64,000 nucleotides of DNA from assembly GCA_030704615.1 (NCBI GenBank), contig CM060734.1, forward strand, positions 30,566,001 to 30,630,000. The letters run 5' to 3'. Of this stretch, positions 28,764 to 41,694 are shown piece after piece. The DNA is from Takakia lepidozioides. Lineage: Eukaryota; Plantae; Bryophyta. Under the pieces are notes generated by a model, which was not told where the DNA came from, searched no databases, and saw nothing but the letters and a program-made list of their open reading frames with translations. Numbering within the stretch: position 1 is the first letter of the stretch; each line of letters starts with the position of its first letter. The translations under genes and the position numbers were made by a program.

Positions 28764-31412
28764 CCAGTATAACTCCGACGGAAACGAATCCTGTCTTGGA
28801 AGTGGTGAAGGCGGTTAGCATTCCTTGATCGGCCACCAAGCTTGGAGATGAACAGGGGGGCTGTGTGGCAGTCACCACACACCGGAAGGTTCTTGATGAT
28901 GTGCAGGGGCATTCCAGGGGGTTGTGCTGATTAGTCCGAAAGAAATTGGCCATCCTCTCCCCATGGTGGCACAGAGAAAAATCCTTGGGCTCCTCCTCCA
29001 CATTGTGGAATACAAAGCAAGTGTCGGGCACACACCCAGCCTCCTTCATCGGGGTTGACAATCTCTTCAGCTGTCCTCAATTTGTGGATGCAACTTGTCG
29101 TCTACAACAAATCTATGCACATGGTTGTCCACCTCAATGCAGCACACCGCCCTGGCATTTTTCTGACACATGTATCCTGCATCATTCTTCTCACCTTCAC
29201 CGTATCATCCCACCTAGCAACGGTAGCATAATCGTTCAATAGCAGAACGTAAGAGTTGCAGCAGCCTCTGGATCCTGCTTGAGAAGGCATTCTAAATGTT
29301 CTGCTACCTCCACATTGCCATGAATTCTGCCCCAAGCAAGGCCCCCAACACCGCAGATTCTGGTTCAATTGTCCTCTGCCTCATCCAATCGCCCTGCAGA
29401 ACGAAGAAGGTCTGCAATACAGCCGAAATGTTCCACTGTAGGAGTGAGGTTGTGATCTTCACTCATAGAATCAGTACTGGCAGGCTTCATCCACTAGGGC
29501 CACATGAGTACATGCGGAAAGGAGATATAAAGGTGATACCATTCGGCTTCAAACCTTCTTGCTGCAATGGTTGAAATAATTTTAGGGTTTCCTTACCAAA
29601 CCCAGGCTGAGCATATCCTGCAATCATCACCTTTCATGAGACAACATCTCTGACAACAATTTTGTCAAACACTCGGCGAGCATCTTTCATGCTACCACAT
29701 TTGGCATACATGTCGACAAGAGTATTACCCAAATTTATATATGACTTTGTTCCAGAATGGATGATGTCAACATGGACCTCTTTGTCCTTCTGCAGAGCTG
29801 CCAGACTGGCACACGCCTTGAGAATTCACAAATGAACGAGACCTTGTAAGGTGTCACCCCTTCCCTTATCATTTGCTTGTAGACCTCGCAAGACTCCTCA
29901 CCACACCCATCCTGTGTGTGCATATCCTGTGATGATCGCAATCCATGAGACCACATCTCGTTCAGCAGTATTGTCAAACACTTTGCACGCATCCTTCATA
30001 TTCCCACATTTGGCATACAAGTTAACAAGGTAGTCTCCAGAATGATATCGGGTGGAATTCCAGATTTGATGATTTCAGCATGGATCTCTTTGCCTTTTCC
30101 CATGGTTGCCAGGTTGGCACATGCATTGAGAGTGCAAATGAATGTGACCCTGTATCACCCTTTCACACGCCATTTGCACATACATCTCAATAGCCTCCCC
30201 ACCACATCCATGCTGAGCATATCCTGCTATCATCGTGTTCCATGAGACCACATTTTGGTTAGCCATTCTGTTAACACCTTCTGTGCATCGATCATGTTGC
30301 TGCACTTGGCAACCATGTCAATGAGGGTAGAGTGACATCTGGCACAATCCCAGCTTTAACGGCATGGACCTCTTTGCCTTCTTCCAGGGCTGCCAGGCTG
30401 GCGCAGGCATTCAGAACACAAATGAATGTGACATTGTCAGGTGTCAGCCCTTCCCATATCATTTGCACATACATTTCGAAAGCCTCCCTACCACAACCAT
30501 GTTGGGCATATCCTGCAATCATCGCATTCCATGAGGCCACATCTCATTTAGCCAAAATTCTTGAACACTTGATGTACATCCTTAATGCACCCACATTTTG
30601 CATACATGGCAACAAGGCAGTGTCCAGAATAATATCCCCTGCACTTCCAGTTTTGATGTTGCCAGAATGGACCTCTTTGCCTTTTTCCAGGGCTCCTAGG
30701 CTGGCACACCCCTTGAGAACACAAATGAATGTGACATTGTCGGTAGTCACCCCCTGACTGCAACATTCGTTGATAGAACGTGATAGCCTCTATACCACAC
30801 CTATGCTCCACATATCCTCTCATCATTGTAGTCCATGTAAACAAAGTTCACTCAGGCGTTTTCTCAAACACTAGACGTGCATCCACCAATCTGCCGCACT
30901 TAGCATACATGTTCACGAGGGTGTTGAGTAGAAAGATGATTGGCTGGACTACTGATCGTGTGAGAGTGCACCTGCCTTCCCCATTCTATGCCTGAATCTT
31001 GCTGCAGTCCTGCAAGAGACAGACATAAGTATTGTAGTCTGCTGGTATCTCTCCTTGGTTCAGCGTGTACACCACTTTTTTCAGTCGTCCTGCTCCTCAC
31101 ATTCCCACAAGAGAGGCTAGCTGCTTCGAGCTCCTGCAATTGACCATCTACCCATACAGGTTTGGTGTAGCTGGCGGTCCGCAGTGCAACTTTGCTGCCC
31201 TTGTGCTTGAAATCTGGTACTCTAGGACTGATCTGTCCTACACTAGCCCTCTAGGTTGCAAACTTGAGCCATAACTGCACGCGGTTGAATTGTCAGTCAC
31301 ATCGTTGGGGAGAAAGGGGGAGTCAGAGAAAGAGAGAGAGAGAGTGAGTGCTGTCATTAATCTCCAAGGAAGTTTCAATAGTCTTTTTGTTGTCTGCTTC
31401 TGCTGTAACATG
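28764..31412 (-). pseudogene. PLS-class PPR protein with E/DYW domain, pseudogene
   Basis: Repeated SWNAMIAGYAQHG.G.EA...PD.VTFICVL.ACA motifs and a DYW remnant (CHHGER...PLHIIKNLPVCGDCH...HHFQD), spread over many frames with frameshifts and stops. Confidence 0.9.
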
Positions 31413-31699
31413 ACAGCCATGCACCTTCTTGGATCGATTGCCCCACCCCCGACTGGGGTTTTGAAGGATAGTAGTTCCTCCCTTCTGCCGAATTTCTGCT
31501 TTTTGGACATTTGCCTGCCACCACCGTACTATGACATGTCAAAACCACTACGAGCTACCAGAGAAGCCAAACCCATTATAAAAAAGTGCTGTAGTGAAAG
31601 ATTACTATGGTCCCAGGTTCATGTCAACAACACATGCGCCTGGAGCATCGTAATGTTTGTACGACTTACAGAAAACGCCTATGGAAAGAGCCAGCCTTG

Positions 31700-31980
31700 C
31701 TAATGTGGGAAGGAAACTCACAGCTATCCAATCCTCCATCTCACAGGGGCGTCTCATGATACTTAGACTTAATTGCTTCCAGCTTCTCCAATTGACCATC
31801 TACAGACGTAGGTGTCTTGTAGATGGCAATCCATGGTGCCTCAATACCACTCTTGTGTTTCAAATTTGGTCCTACAGGATGGATCTGCACACTCAACCCG
31901 TGTCTCGTTCAGCTATCCTTGCCTCAACGTTCCTCCCCACACCACAGGTAGCTGACAGAGACATTCCATAGGTATCACCA
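31700..31980 (-). pseudogene. Partial second copy of the PPR gene 5' region
   Basis: gcttccagcttctccaattgaccatctac...cttgtgtttcaaatttggt resembles 31120-31240. Confidence 0.55.
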
Positions 31981-32778
31981 TATCAGACACTAGTTTCTAC
32001 ATTGAATCGGTGGCAAGATTAAGCAGAAACTATGTATACACACATTACATGTACACTCTACACCCAAATGCAATAAGGAGACAACAGGCTCTGACCGTTG
32101 CGAGGCGCCGCTTCAAGGGCTTACTCCATAGCGCTTCCACACAAGTCAACGACGATCCTGTTACATGGAATCCAAACTTAATAGATGGGCTGGCATCGAA
32201 GCTCATAAATAAGGTTCATTCCAGCAATGCTCCTCTAGCCTGGAACAGATGTGATACACGTGAATGTGGTTGTTCACAGTCACAGGGTATTTACTGGATT
32301 GGCATAGTCCGCGTTGCCCTCGCACAAGAAAGGGTGAAGTTATCCAAAGCTATATAATACCTGGTGATGGAGAGGGAGATCAGGGGAAGGTCATAACTCA
32401 TAACCATGCTTGGTAGCAAACTTGTTCCGGATGGGGGTTGGTAGAACGTGAGAAGGAAAACGTAGGCGTGAGCACAAAACACGGCAATAGGGTACACATG
32501 TTTCTACAGAACTAGAATTCACGTGAAGAGGTTCCAAAATAGCAAAAATGTTAGTTGTGTGCCTATTTCTGTGCCTATTTCTGTCCCTAAACCCTAATGA
32601 AAATAGACACTTGTAATGAATATCTTCAAACTTCATGTTCCACATATCTATAGCTTTGGTATCCTACAAAAGAATAATACATTAGGGAAAAACAAAGTCA
32701 CAATAACCAACACCATCCAAAATACACAAATACCAAATAATATTTGAACAATTTAAATATATATGAGGCAAACAACGG

Positions 32779-33045
32779 GTTTCGGTAGCGAAATAAATCA
32801 AGATATCGGATTTTGCCAGTGAAAAAATGGGTTTCGCCAGCGAAATTTCGAGGTATCGTTGCGTAGGTCATTATCCAATGGTTTCGTGGGCGAAACAAAA
32901 TGTGTTGTGTTTGGTTTTGCATATAAGAGAGGACGTGAGATTGTTTTATTTCGCTAACGAATTGTTATGTACTTATTGCAGTATGTCGGTACCCATGCTT
33001 TCATGGCCGAAACAGAATGAAATAATTCTAGTTTCACGTATTACT
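32779..33045. repeat. Short array of 16-bp imperfect palindromes GTTTCG-N4-CGAAA(C/T)
   Basis: Copies at about 32779, 32831, 32881, 32948, 32998. Confidence 0.55.
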
Positions 33046-34195
33046 GATTGCATCGACCGTCATACGCACTTGACTAAATACGCAACTATTAGGAACGAAA
33101 ATCCTTGATCGAGACGGCACCTACCGGATATTCCTTATGCCCCAACTTCGCGTGGCTTGTGCTCACGTGAGCATAAATTGCACATTTTAATTTTGCAATC
33201 GCATCTTTTCAAAAATATTCTAGGAATTTCCGGTATATCCTCTTCTGCTCATGTGAGCCTGCTCACGTGCTACCCTACCTCGTTACGGAGAGGCAAACTT
33301 GTTACGTATTAGGTAAAAATCTTGCACCGAGTACTTTCTGCGATCTTAGATGTTGCACGAGGACGCTAGCCCGACGGCAATGTCTAAAATCTCAGAAAGT
33401 CCGAGGTGCAGGACTTTACCTTACGAAAAAAACTCAAAATATTTCTTCAACCGTCGATGTCTTTCTGGACGGTTCAGATCTATTCAAAGATGGCGCCTAA
33501 TTTAATGGTGTAGATGCAATAAGATCTGGGAGGTATCTTTTTGGAGGGTTTGGATGTGTCATCTTAAGGGACTGGTGACAACGTATCACTCGTTTTTGCT
33601 TCGATTTTTTCTTTCATTTGTTATCGTGGAGCACTTGCTCAGAGCCCAGGCAATTTTGAGCTCTCTGCATGGTCCTCTATCAATTCTTCTTGTCTTTAGT
33701 GGTCTTTGATCTCCTTGTTGCTGCAATGTATGACTCTTGTAGTCATTAGCTAGAATTTGTAGTTTGGAGTTTCTTTTTCGACAAATTATAGTCTAGATGA
33801 CGTTTGGAGTACAATACGAGCTCTTGAAGCAATGTTATCTACATCGTGCGATGATGATCTACAGAAAATATTTCCTAACATTGCTGTTGGAGATACAATT
33901 CGTTACAATAGTATTGATGCTGACTTCTTTTCTGTTGGTATTACACAAAGCTACCCACAGTTCGATGATGTTCCCGAAATTGATGCATTGAAAGATGACA
34001 CAACCATATTAGAAAGCGATGTACTCTGAAGTCTTTCCTCACGAGATCTGTCTCTCAATGACAGTTAATCGTGGTCGCCTAGTTATCGGTGCATCTCTTT
34101 CAGATCGTCCTATTCTTGATCAACTTTCTACCGGCATGAATAATTGCAGACGGAAGGCTATTGTGCCACATTGTTCAAAAAAAAAGGAGAACCGG

Positions 34196-35718
34196 ATGAG
34201 CAAGAGTAAAAATAGATTCAGAGAAACTGATCAAGTACAGTTAGACATTGTAGAGTCGAGAGATCGAAGGAGGTCTGGTGCGACTGAGAAGTGGGCACGA
34301 AAGGCCTTTGACGAGTGGCGTGTTTTCACTGGACATTCTAGTGTTATGACGCTTGAAGATATGTTTAAGAAGCTGACGTGAGGCCACTAGTCGACATGCT
34401 GCAATTTTTCATGCTCTAGTTGACAAAGCAAGATGGAAAATTATATCCCCCTACAAGGTATGTTTTCTATTTATATGTCATTTTCAATCCCAGTCTATGA
34501 ATTCATTTTGTTGTTGTACGTGACTTCATGTCATAATTATATATTGCAATAGTGTGTAGATATATTAGGATCGAAATTACTGATATTCATTATGGTGTTT
34601 GCAGCATTTAGGCGATGCGGCAAGAAGAATATGTCGCTCGCACTGGTGTCACCGTGATACCTTATAATATTTTCATGGATCCTAGATACCTGAAAGTGAA
34701 AGTTGTTGCCGATGAGGTAGTGATGATCTCATCTTTGAATGGTCTTGGAAAAACAGTGTCAAAGAGTGACATTTTCAGCAACTCAGAAGAGGCCTCTATG
34801 CTTAACCTTGTGGAGTGTTAAATTACTACGCCTCATGGCTGCAACATAAGATTTGCATACTTCTGTAAGAGAAACTTTTCGTGAGAGGTGGTGCAAAACT
34901 ACCGCGAGCACTAACTGATTGGATTTTGTGCTTCATAAAGACTCCAGTGGGGAGTATCTTATGTAAGTGTATCGACTCAACCCTAAACTTGTTAATTCTT
35001 TAGTTTAGTGCACTGAATATAATCTAAAGTTCTGGAATATTTATGTTCTTGCACATATCACCCAAGCCCCAACAAAAACTGGAAGTTGGATGTACAAAGA
35101 TGTTCCGTTAAGAACCAGCGGCAGCCTGTGAACTATTACATTGATGATGTGGTAGAGACATACAAACGCTTCATGATAAAACGTTCGATATGGTCTGTAA
35201 ATGAACCATTTCCCCATCCATTGTTTCTAACGCCTCTTATCAAGTGGGCAAAGAGTTCTGAGATCTGGTATGGCAAGATATCTGTTGGTAAGAACACTAT
35301 ACGTACATACCACTCAATTAGTTTCATTCCTGGGAATCAACAACAAAATAAATTACAAACAAGAGCGGCTGAGGTACTGGGATCTCAAGAATGAGCAATT
35401 ATGTTGTGCCCATTGAAGTTGGGATCATGCGGATTACAAGACATCGAAGCACTATCTCATATGAAAAGTAAGTTTTATCTTCTCATCTCTCTTTGGATCT
35501 TGTCTTTCAATGTCTTATTTATAGTGCATCTTCAAAAACAAAACACTAACTGACATCATGAATAAGCTTACTATATATGTAGGTATAATAAGTCGGACAA
35601 GGATATCCGGGACCGTGCATCACGGCGTGTCATTTCAGGAGAACTGCGAAATGGAAAGCCGTTGTTGTTTGTTGATGCATATAAGAAAAGAAAGAACTTG
35701 CAAGGGAACAAGAGTTAA
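34196..35718 (+). pseudogene. Crypton-like (DUF3504-type) tyrosine recombinase, copy 1, intron-containing and decayed
   Basis: TEKWARKAFDEWR, KQDGKLYPP|intron, RNF.VRGG, HPLFLTP...WYGKISVGKNTI, ITNKSG*GTGISRM, MRITRHRSTISYEK|Y; these match the R...(H/K)xxR...(G)H...Y tyrosine-recombinase layout. Confidence 0.65.
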
Positions 35719-36419
35719 AAACTAAAATTGTTATCAATCAATTGTTTACAAAGTTGATGGTAGCTAATGTGATAAAATAATTTGGTCTAACAAATTAGTA
35801 GTTGCTACAACCAAGCGGCGTGATGATGGTTAGTACCAAGTTTTTGTTTTTTTAAATCGCCAGTCTCATAAAGTAATTGAATTAGTATAGTGTTTTCATT
35901 GCAGGAAAATGTTGTTGGTATGGACAAATCTATACTTGAGGTTGCGATGCATGAATCTGGTACAAAAGATACTTCTAATAATTAATTTGAGGAGTAGAAC
36001 TCTGAAGATCAGCTTGGAAGCTGTAACGATACTGACTTGGATGTAGAGAAATCGTATCCACACAAAAAACGACGGACTGTAGGGATAGAACATGCATTGG
36101 AGAGAAACAAGCCAGTGTGTAGGCAATTGTTCCAATCAACCAGGATATTGCAGCAGTAAAATATTTGAGTTGAAGAGTTTTCTGAATGAAGACCTGGAGT
36201 TCTGGAATTCTCAAGAAGGTAAAGACGTCCTTGCAAACATCATGTTCAAAGCAAACCATTCCAAGAGTGCGTCAAAACGAGTTTCAAGAACCAGCACTGT
36301 ACTCAATGTCGGACATCATTTTGAAAATCTTCAAGAGAGAGAAGACTCCGGTCAGGAATACCGGCGTAACTCAAAGCCACTTCACCTTGCGGCTACTACC
36401 CCTTTTCGGGGGTGGGCCC

Positions 36420-36915
36420 TATAAAAAAAAAACAGGTGTCATGGGGACACCAAGTAACTAGAGAAAAGAGGTGCATGAGGTATCTTGGGTACCCGGGGGT
36501 ACCTAAGGGAGACCAGGGGGCCGGGGGGCTAAGAGGCCAGGGGTAGAAAAGCTTCTAATTGTCGCTTATTAGTGATTATGGCTGTGAGGGAGCAGAGCGT
36601 CATGATGCGGATAGCTTTGAAGGATTTGTGGATAGGGGGAATGGGAATGTGAAAATTAGTGTGCCGTGCCGAGATACTAGCATTATGGATGCCGCCTCGA
36701 GTACGAGCAGTGATGACAATTAATGGGCCAGTGGACCATCCTCTTTGGCGTAAGGCTAGAATGAGCGAAGCATATTTTTGTCGCTTATCAAGAATGGAGG
36801 AGCTAGGGTATCGATCATGACAGTAAGTGAATTCGCAAAGTGAATAGTGAGGTTTGGGGATGAGGCGCTGATGGGAAGGCCTGAAAATGTTCGAAATTGT
36901 AATATTACGTTGCAT
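36420..36915 (-). mobile_element. 3' fragment of a non-LTR retrotransposon with a restriction-like endonuclease (RLE) C-terminus
   Basis: EFTYCHDRYP...KRQKYASL...L...GW...PLIVITA..RGGIH resembles the E...K..KY RLE tail of R2/NeSL-type LINEs. Confidence 0.55.
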
Positions 36916-37747
36916 ATTTCAGATCTAGGTGTTGGTGCAAAGGTCCTGAAAAAAGTTCTCGAGCTCGGAGCAGAAATGTGATCACGTGACAATAAAGTAC
37001 TTAGATCCAAAATTATTGAATTGACATTGTAAATTAGTAGTACATGGGGTCTGTTATTACTTCTATACAATTTTTAGCTTGCAAACGTTTATCATGATTA
37101 AAGATTACTCTCAACTCATTTTGTAGCACCTATAATACTCATCACGGATCAATAATATTACATTGATCAGTTGTGCATAGTTTTTGTACACCAACATTCC
37201 TAGTGACATGGATTCAAAAGGAATCGCATTGATTTTCACAGAAAAAACATTAAGGCCATTGGTCTATAATTTATTGTATACAAATTTTCAATAAAGAGAT
37301 ACTGACTTAGATGTATTTGTGGTTTTTTTTTTCTACAATGATCATCAATAAATTTAGAAAATCATCAAAAATTGAAAATAAAATCATTAGTCGGTTTTTA
37401 TATAATCACAAATTATGGCGATAAGCCCATGGGCTTCACCCTGTAACCATGAACACCCAGGGAAATTACGAAATTCAAGGCCCTCCAAAAATACACTAGA
37501 AAAAAATTTAAAGGTTTTTACATACAGCGTAAGCCCTCGGTCCGCCCTCGTGGGTGCCCTCAAATCAGTGAATGCCCTCGGTCCAGGGACTTACCCTACG
37601 TAAAGCACGGACATAAAAGTTTTTTATTTGACGTTTTCATTCTTCGCTGACGTCATACTAATTGCTTGTCACTGTACAACTCTCTTCTCTTCGAAGCTTT
37701 TATGCTTTTGGCCGTACCGGCTCCGCACACCTCCTCTCTTCAGTTGC

Positions 37748-39241
37748 ATGAAGCTTACGATTGATTCTCCAATCAGTTGCGATGAAAAGATCGATCACCA
37801 AAGAATTGACGTTGATGAGGGTGAGCATAGTGATGACAATGAAACTGAGCCGCGTGAAGCAGATCATGTCGCTTGTCGTGCGGATGAAAGGGAAAATGTT
37901 GCTCACGTCGTGGCAATCTCACGTCTGAAAGGCCAGCTACGAACCGTTTTGCTAAATTGGATGCCACAGAAGTCGAACACATCAATGTAGGGAAGTCATC
38001 GTAGAAGTAAAGCCTCATAATTGTGGACAAGACGCATTTTTTTATGCATGGAGACGTTTTCGAGTACAGCCTAGAGTATATGATCAAAGGCTTATACGAA
38101 ACTAACATTTCTTCCCTTGCCAACATGTATTACTTGTTTACTCTTCAAGTCGGGAAATGAGATGGCAGCCTTTATCCTCTTGGCAGGTACTTCACATGTT
38201 CATATTGCTGCATAATTTGTTATCATTATTCAATTGATCTTGTTATCATGATGCAGTTTGCGGATATATTCATGAGTTTCATTGTCTGTCTTCCAACATT
38301 CAAGGACTCTTAAGAGCGATTGTCCGAATCATTTGTGCAAGGCAGACTCAAAGGTACACAGAAACTAGCATTCTTGTCCCAACATTCAACGTTTTCAAGC
38401 ACGAGAATTTTGGTAAGGTGAAATTAGCGGGGGACGAAGCTGTTGTCTGTTCCATCAAGGCTGGGTTTGGAAGACGTGCACACAAGAGTGACGTTCTAAC
38501 CATAGAGGAAGCGATGAGAGTTCTTGTCTAGGAAAAGTGTAACATATCTAGTATCCCTTATGGAGTTAACTTGCGGTTTGGTTACTTATGCACCCATAAC
38601 TTTTTCATAAGAGGTGGATCAGAGCTGAGGATGACACATGCTTAGTCCACACTCCAGCTAGCCTTGTGTTCTGGTACGTGGAAGGAGTTTCGAAAAACTA
38701 CAAGCTCAGCGTTATTGATTGCAGTGTCCACAATCACAGGAAATCAGTTGATTGTCATATTGAAGATGTAATCGCCACATACAGGGCTCTCATGGATCAT
38801 CGGCCCCAGTGGTCACCTGATGAAAGAAGGTCTCACCCACTGTTTCTAACACCAAAATTGACGATAAAAAAGAACATCGATCAATGTGTGGTTCACTAAG
38901 TGTCCAGTCGGGAAGAACACGTTAGCTTCCTTGACAAAGAAGCTCACCTACGACAATATACCGGGCCTTGAGAATAAGGTCATCACTAATAAAACGGGGA
39001 GAGGTAGGGGCATATTGTGCATGGAAGATGCACAAGTGCCTACAGAATATGGCATGCGATAGACAGGCCACCGCGATTTTAAGTCATACGCTCAATGAGT
39101 GACTGAACTCTTTCCATCACATTTTCTCTGAAAAATATTTTTGGATATTGTCTTTGTATCTATAATGTGAAGAGCATTAATACGTTGCACATGCATGTTG
39201 AATACTTAGGTATAATCACACCGATGAGATGCTGCAAAATA
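37748..39241 (+). pseudogene. Crypton-like (DUF3504-type) tyrosine recombinase, copy 2, interrupted by a Copia element
   Basis: DGSLYPL|intron, KSDVLT, NFFIRGGSELR, SKNYKL, HPLFLTP, PVGKNTL, ITNKTGRGRGI..M, GMR*TGHRDFKSYAQ|Y; paralogous to copy 1 with the same intron positions. Confidence 0.65.
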
Positions 39242-39442
39242 TGTCAGAGGATGAGTTCATCCAGTAGATTAGTGAGTCAGTAGTAAGTGAAGTGGTAGTT
39301 ACAACCACTTCAGTAGACCTTCATGTAAGAGACGAGCTCGGGGTGAAGCATTTGCTTTTAGAGTGCCTTTTATGGTTGGGTGGAGAGCTCATACTATAAA
39401 ATATTATGTTTATATTAATATATGTATATGATGAATCTAACA

Positions 39443-39454
39443 TGGTATCAGAGC
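39443..39454 (+). other. Primer-binding site (initiator tRNA-Met)
   Basis: TGGTATCAGAGC immediately after the LTR end. Confidence 0.9.
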
Positions 39455-40972
39455 TAGGTTTGAACTTACACATAGCTTTTCTTCATCTCGTTGAAAATGG
39501 GTCTCCTTTGTAGAGAGCCCAAGAAATCATAGAGATATAAAATGAATAAAACAGATTTTTGCAAGTCTAAGATTCATAGATTAATATTGTAGTATCCTAG
39601 CAATGGCAAATCAAACGAAGAACATCGAGAAGTTAGATGGACATAATTTCTCCACGTGGAATATAAAAATGTCTTATCTTTTTAAGAAGGAAAAACTATG
39701 GGATTTAGTAATAGGCATTGAAGTCAAGCCTACTAGTACTACATCTCCTAGGGGTACAGTAACAAATCCCCCTCTAACAGCTGGACAAGGCTCTATCTCA
39801 GATTGGGATGATCGAGATAGAACTGCACAAATGCTAATTGTTGATAGTGTTAAAAATTTGTGTCTAGGTCATGCTACGCAAGGTAGTACATCCAACGAAA
39901 ATTGGTCTGAGATACAGAAAATGTTACAAAATACAGACAAAAGGTTTTTGCGGAAACAATATGTCCATTTAGTCATGCATGAAGTTGATGATGTTCTATC
40001 ACACATTCACGCATTTAAATTGCTCATAGAACAATTGGCCCTCAGTGGGAGTAATTTATACAGATGAAGATAAAGTTCAAACCCTCCTTGGAAGTCTTCC
40101 CGATTCTTTTGATCTTGTAGTCATGACTCTTGATAACACAATAGGATTAACATTTCAGGATGTGTCAGCCTGGTTAATTCAAGAAAACACGAGAAGAAGT
40201 AAAAATAAGAATTCCACAGAAAATAGAGGGATCCACAGCTTTGTGAGTTGGCAGAAGACCCCAACATAAGGGTCAGTCAATCAAACCTCAGGGTGCAAAC
40301 AATCGCACAAGTGAAAATTCTATTGTTGGATCTATGAGTTCACAACCTAGATCAAACAGTTCTCCGGCCAGACTTGGCCAAAAACTTGGAATCATATGTA
40401 ATTACTGCAAGAAATACAATCACATCAAGAAGAATTGTAGAAAGTACTATTTGAGGGATCTCAAATAGGGAAAAGTCAAAGCTAGTCACAACCCAGCAGG
40501 ACATGTCCCATAAGCTCATAATATATTTATGACATTATATCTGATGCAATAATTGCAGACTATTCGTGGTTCCTAGAGTACTCAAGAACAAATCATATGA
40601 CTCATCATCGAGATAATTGGTTTATTAATTATGAATCATATTTCTCAAAAAGACAAAGTATTCCTTGGAGATAATTCCTCTCATGATATTCATGGTCGAG
40701 GCAATGTTGCCATCCGTTTATATAATGGGGACGTGAAAATGATGCATGTTCCAAATCTCCGTCGTAATCTAATTTCAGTACGCAAAGTTGTTATTGCTGG
40801 GTATACCGTTAAATTCACCAATATCGGTGAGTGTGGAAGGCCATGGTAGTGCTTATATTATTCATATTGATCCTCATCATGATGAATTGTACAAGCTTGG
40901 TACCATTGATAAATCAGCTATTCAATCGCTGTTGCTTTTAGATCACGAGCCTCTTGCTTTAGGATAGATGCA

Positions 40973-41694
40973 GGGTAAGGTGGACCAAAATTGGCTTCGG
41001 TACAGTTATCAGTGACTGTCGTGCATGATATCATGAATTGCTTTGAATAGAATCAATAATGTTGAGAAACATTTTCCATGCTGGATTCCTAACTTCAATA
41101 TCTACATGTATATATCAACCGTCAAATTGTCAATCAAATAAAATGTCCAAGAGGTATGGACTTTTGAACACGACAACTGTGGACAGTTACCGCTACAAAT
41201 GAAAATACATGGACTAAAAAATAAGCCATTGTGCCATTGGTGTATTGCTTTGAACTTTTAAGGTTGCCAATTTAGAGAACACTCTATATTTCAATTTAAA
41301 ATGACAATATCAGCTGTCAGTTACTACATATGGACTAATATGAGTGCTATATATAGATGGATTTGTTCTAGTTTATCACATCTTGTGTTTTGGGCTTTCG
41401 ATGTGTCATATTTTACTGCAAATGATACAAAAATATAATCTACAATGGCTTGGTTGTATATGGACAAATTGATGTGAATTCTAATTTTTGATATATCAAA
41501 TCTTATTCAAATTGAAGAGTAAAATTAATAGTAAAAATTATCTTTGATATTTGGGGTAAGACTCTTTACTAAAAATGTTAAATATACCATTGTCTATCAT
41601 CATTTGAAATTATTTGGGGAAATGTCGTCAATTTCAAATTTGGTCATGGATTTCCATGGAATGCAGCATCTGCCGTTTATGGTCCACCTTACCT
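40973..41694. mobile_element. MITE/non-autonomous DNA transposon inserted in the Copia element
   Basis: TIRs (G)GGTAAGGTGGACCA / TGGTCCACCTTACC(T), flanked by TGCA on both sides; AT-rich non-coding interior. Confidence 0.85.

Noticed and set aside
32779-33045. Bacterial parS sites (TGTTNCACGTGAAACA)
   Set aside because: Only the outer GTTTC/GAAAC arms resemble parS; the central CACGTG is absent.
39443-39454. tRNA gene
   Set aside because: Only a 12-nt PBS complementary to the tRNA-Met 3' end; no cloverleaf. No tRNA or rRNA genes were recognised in the window.
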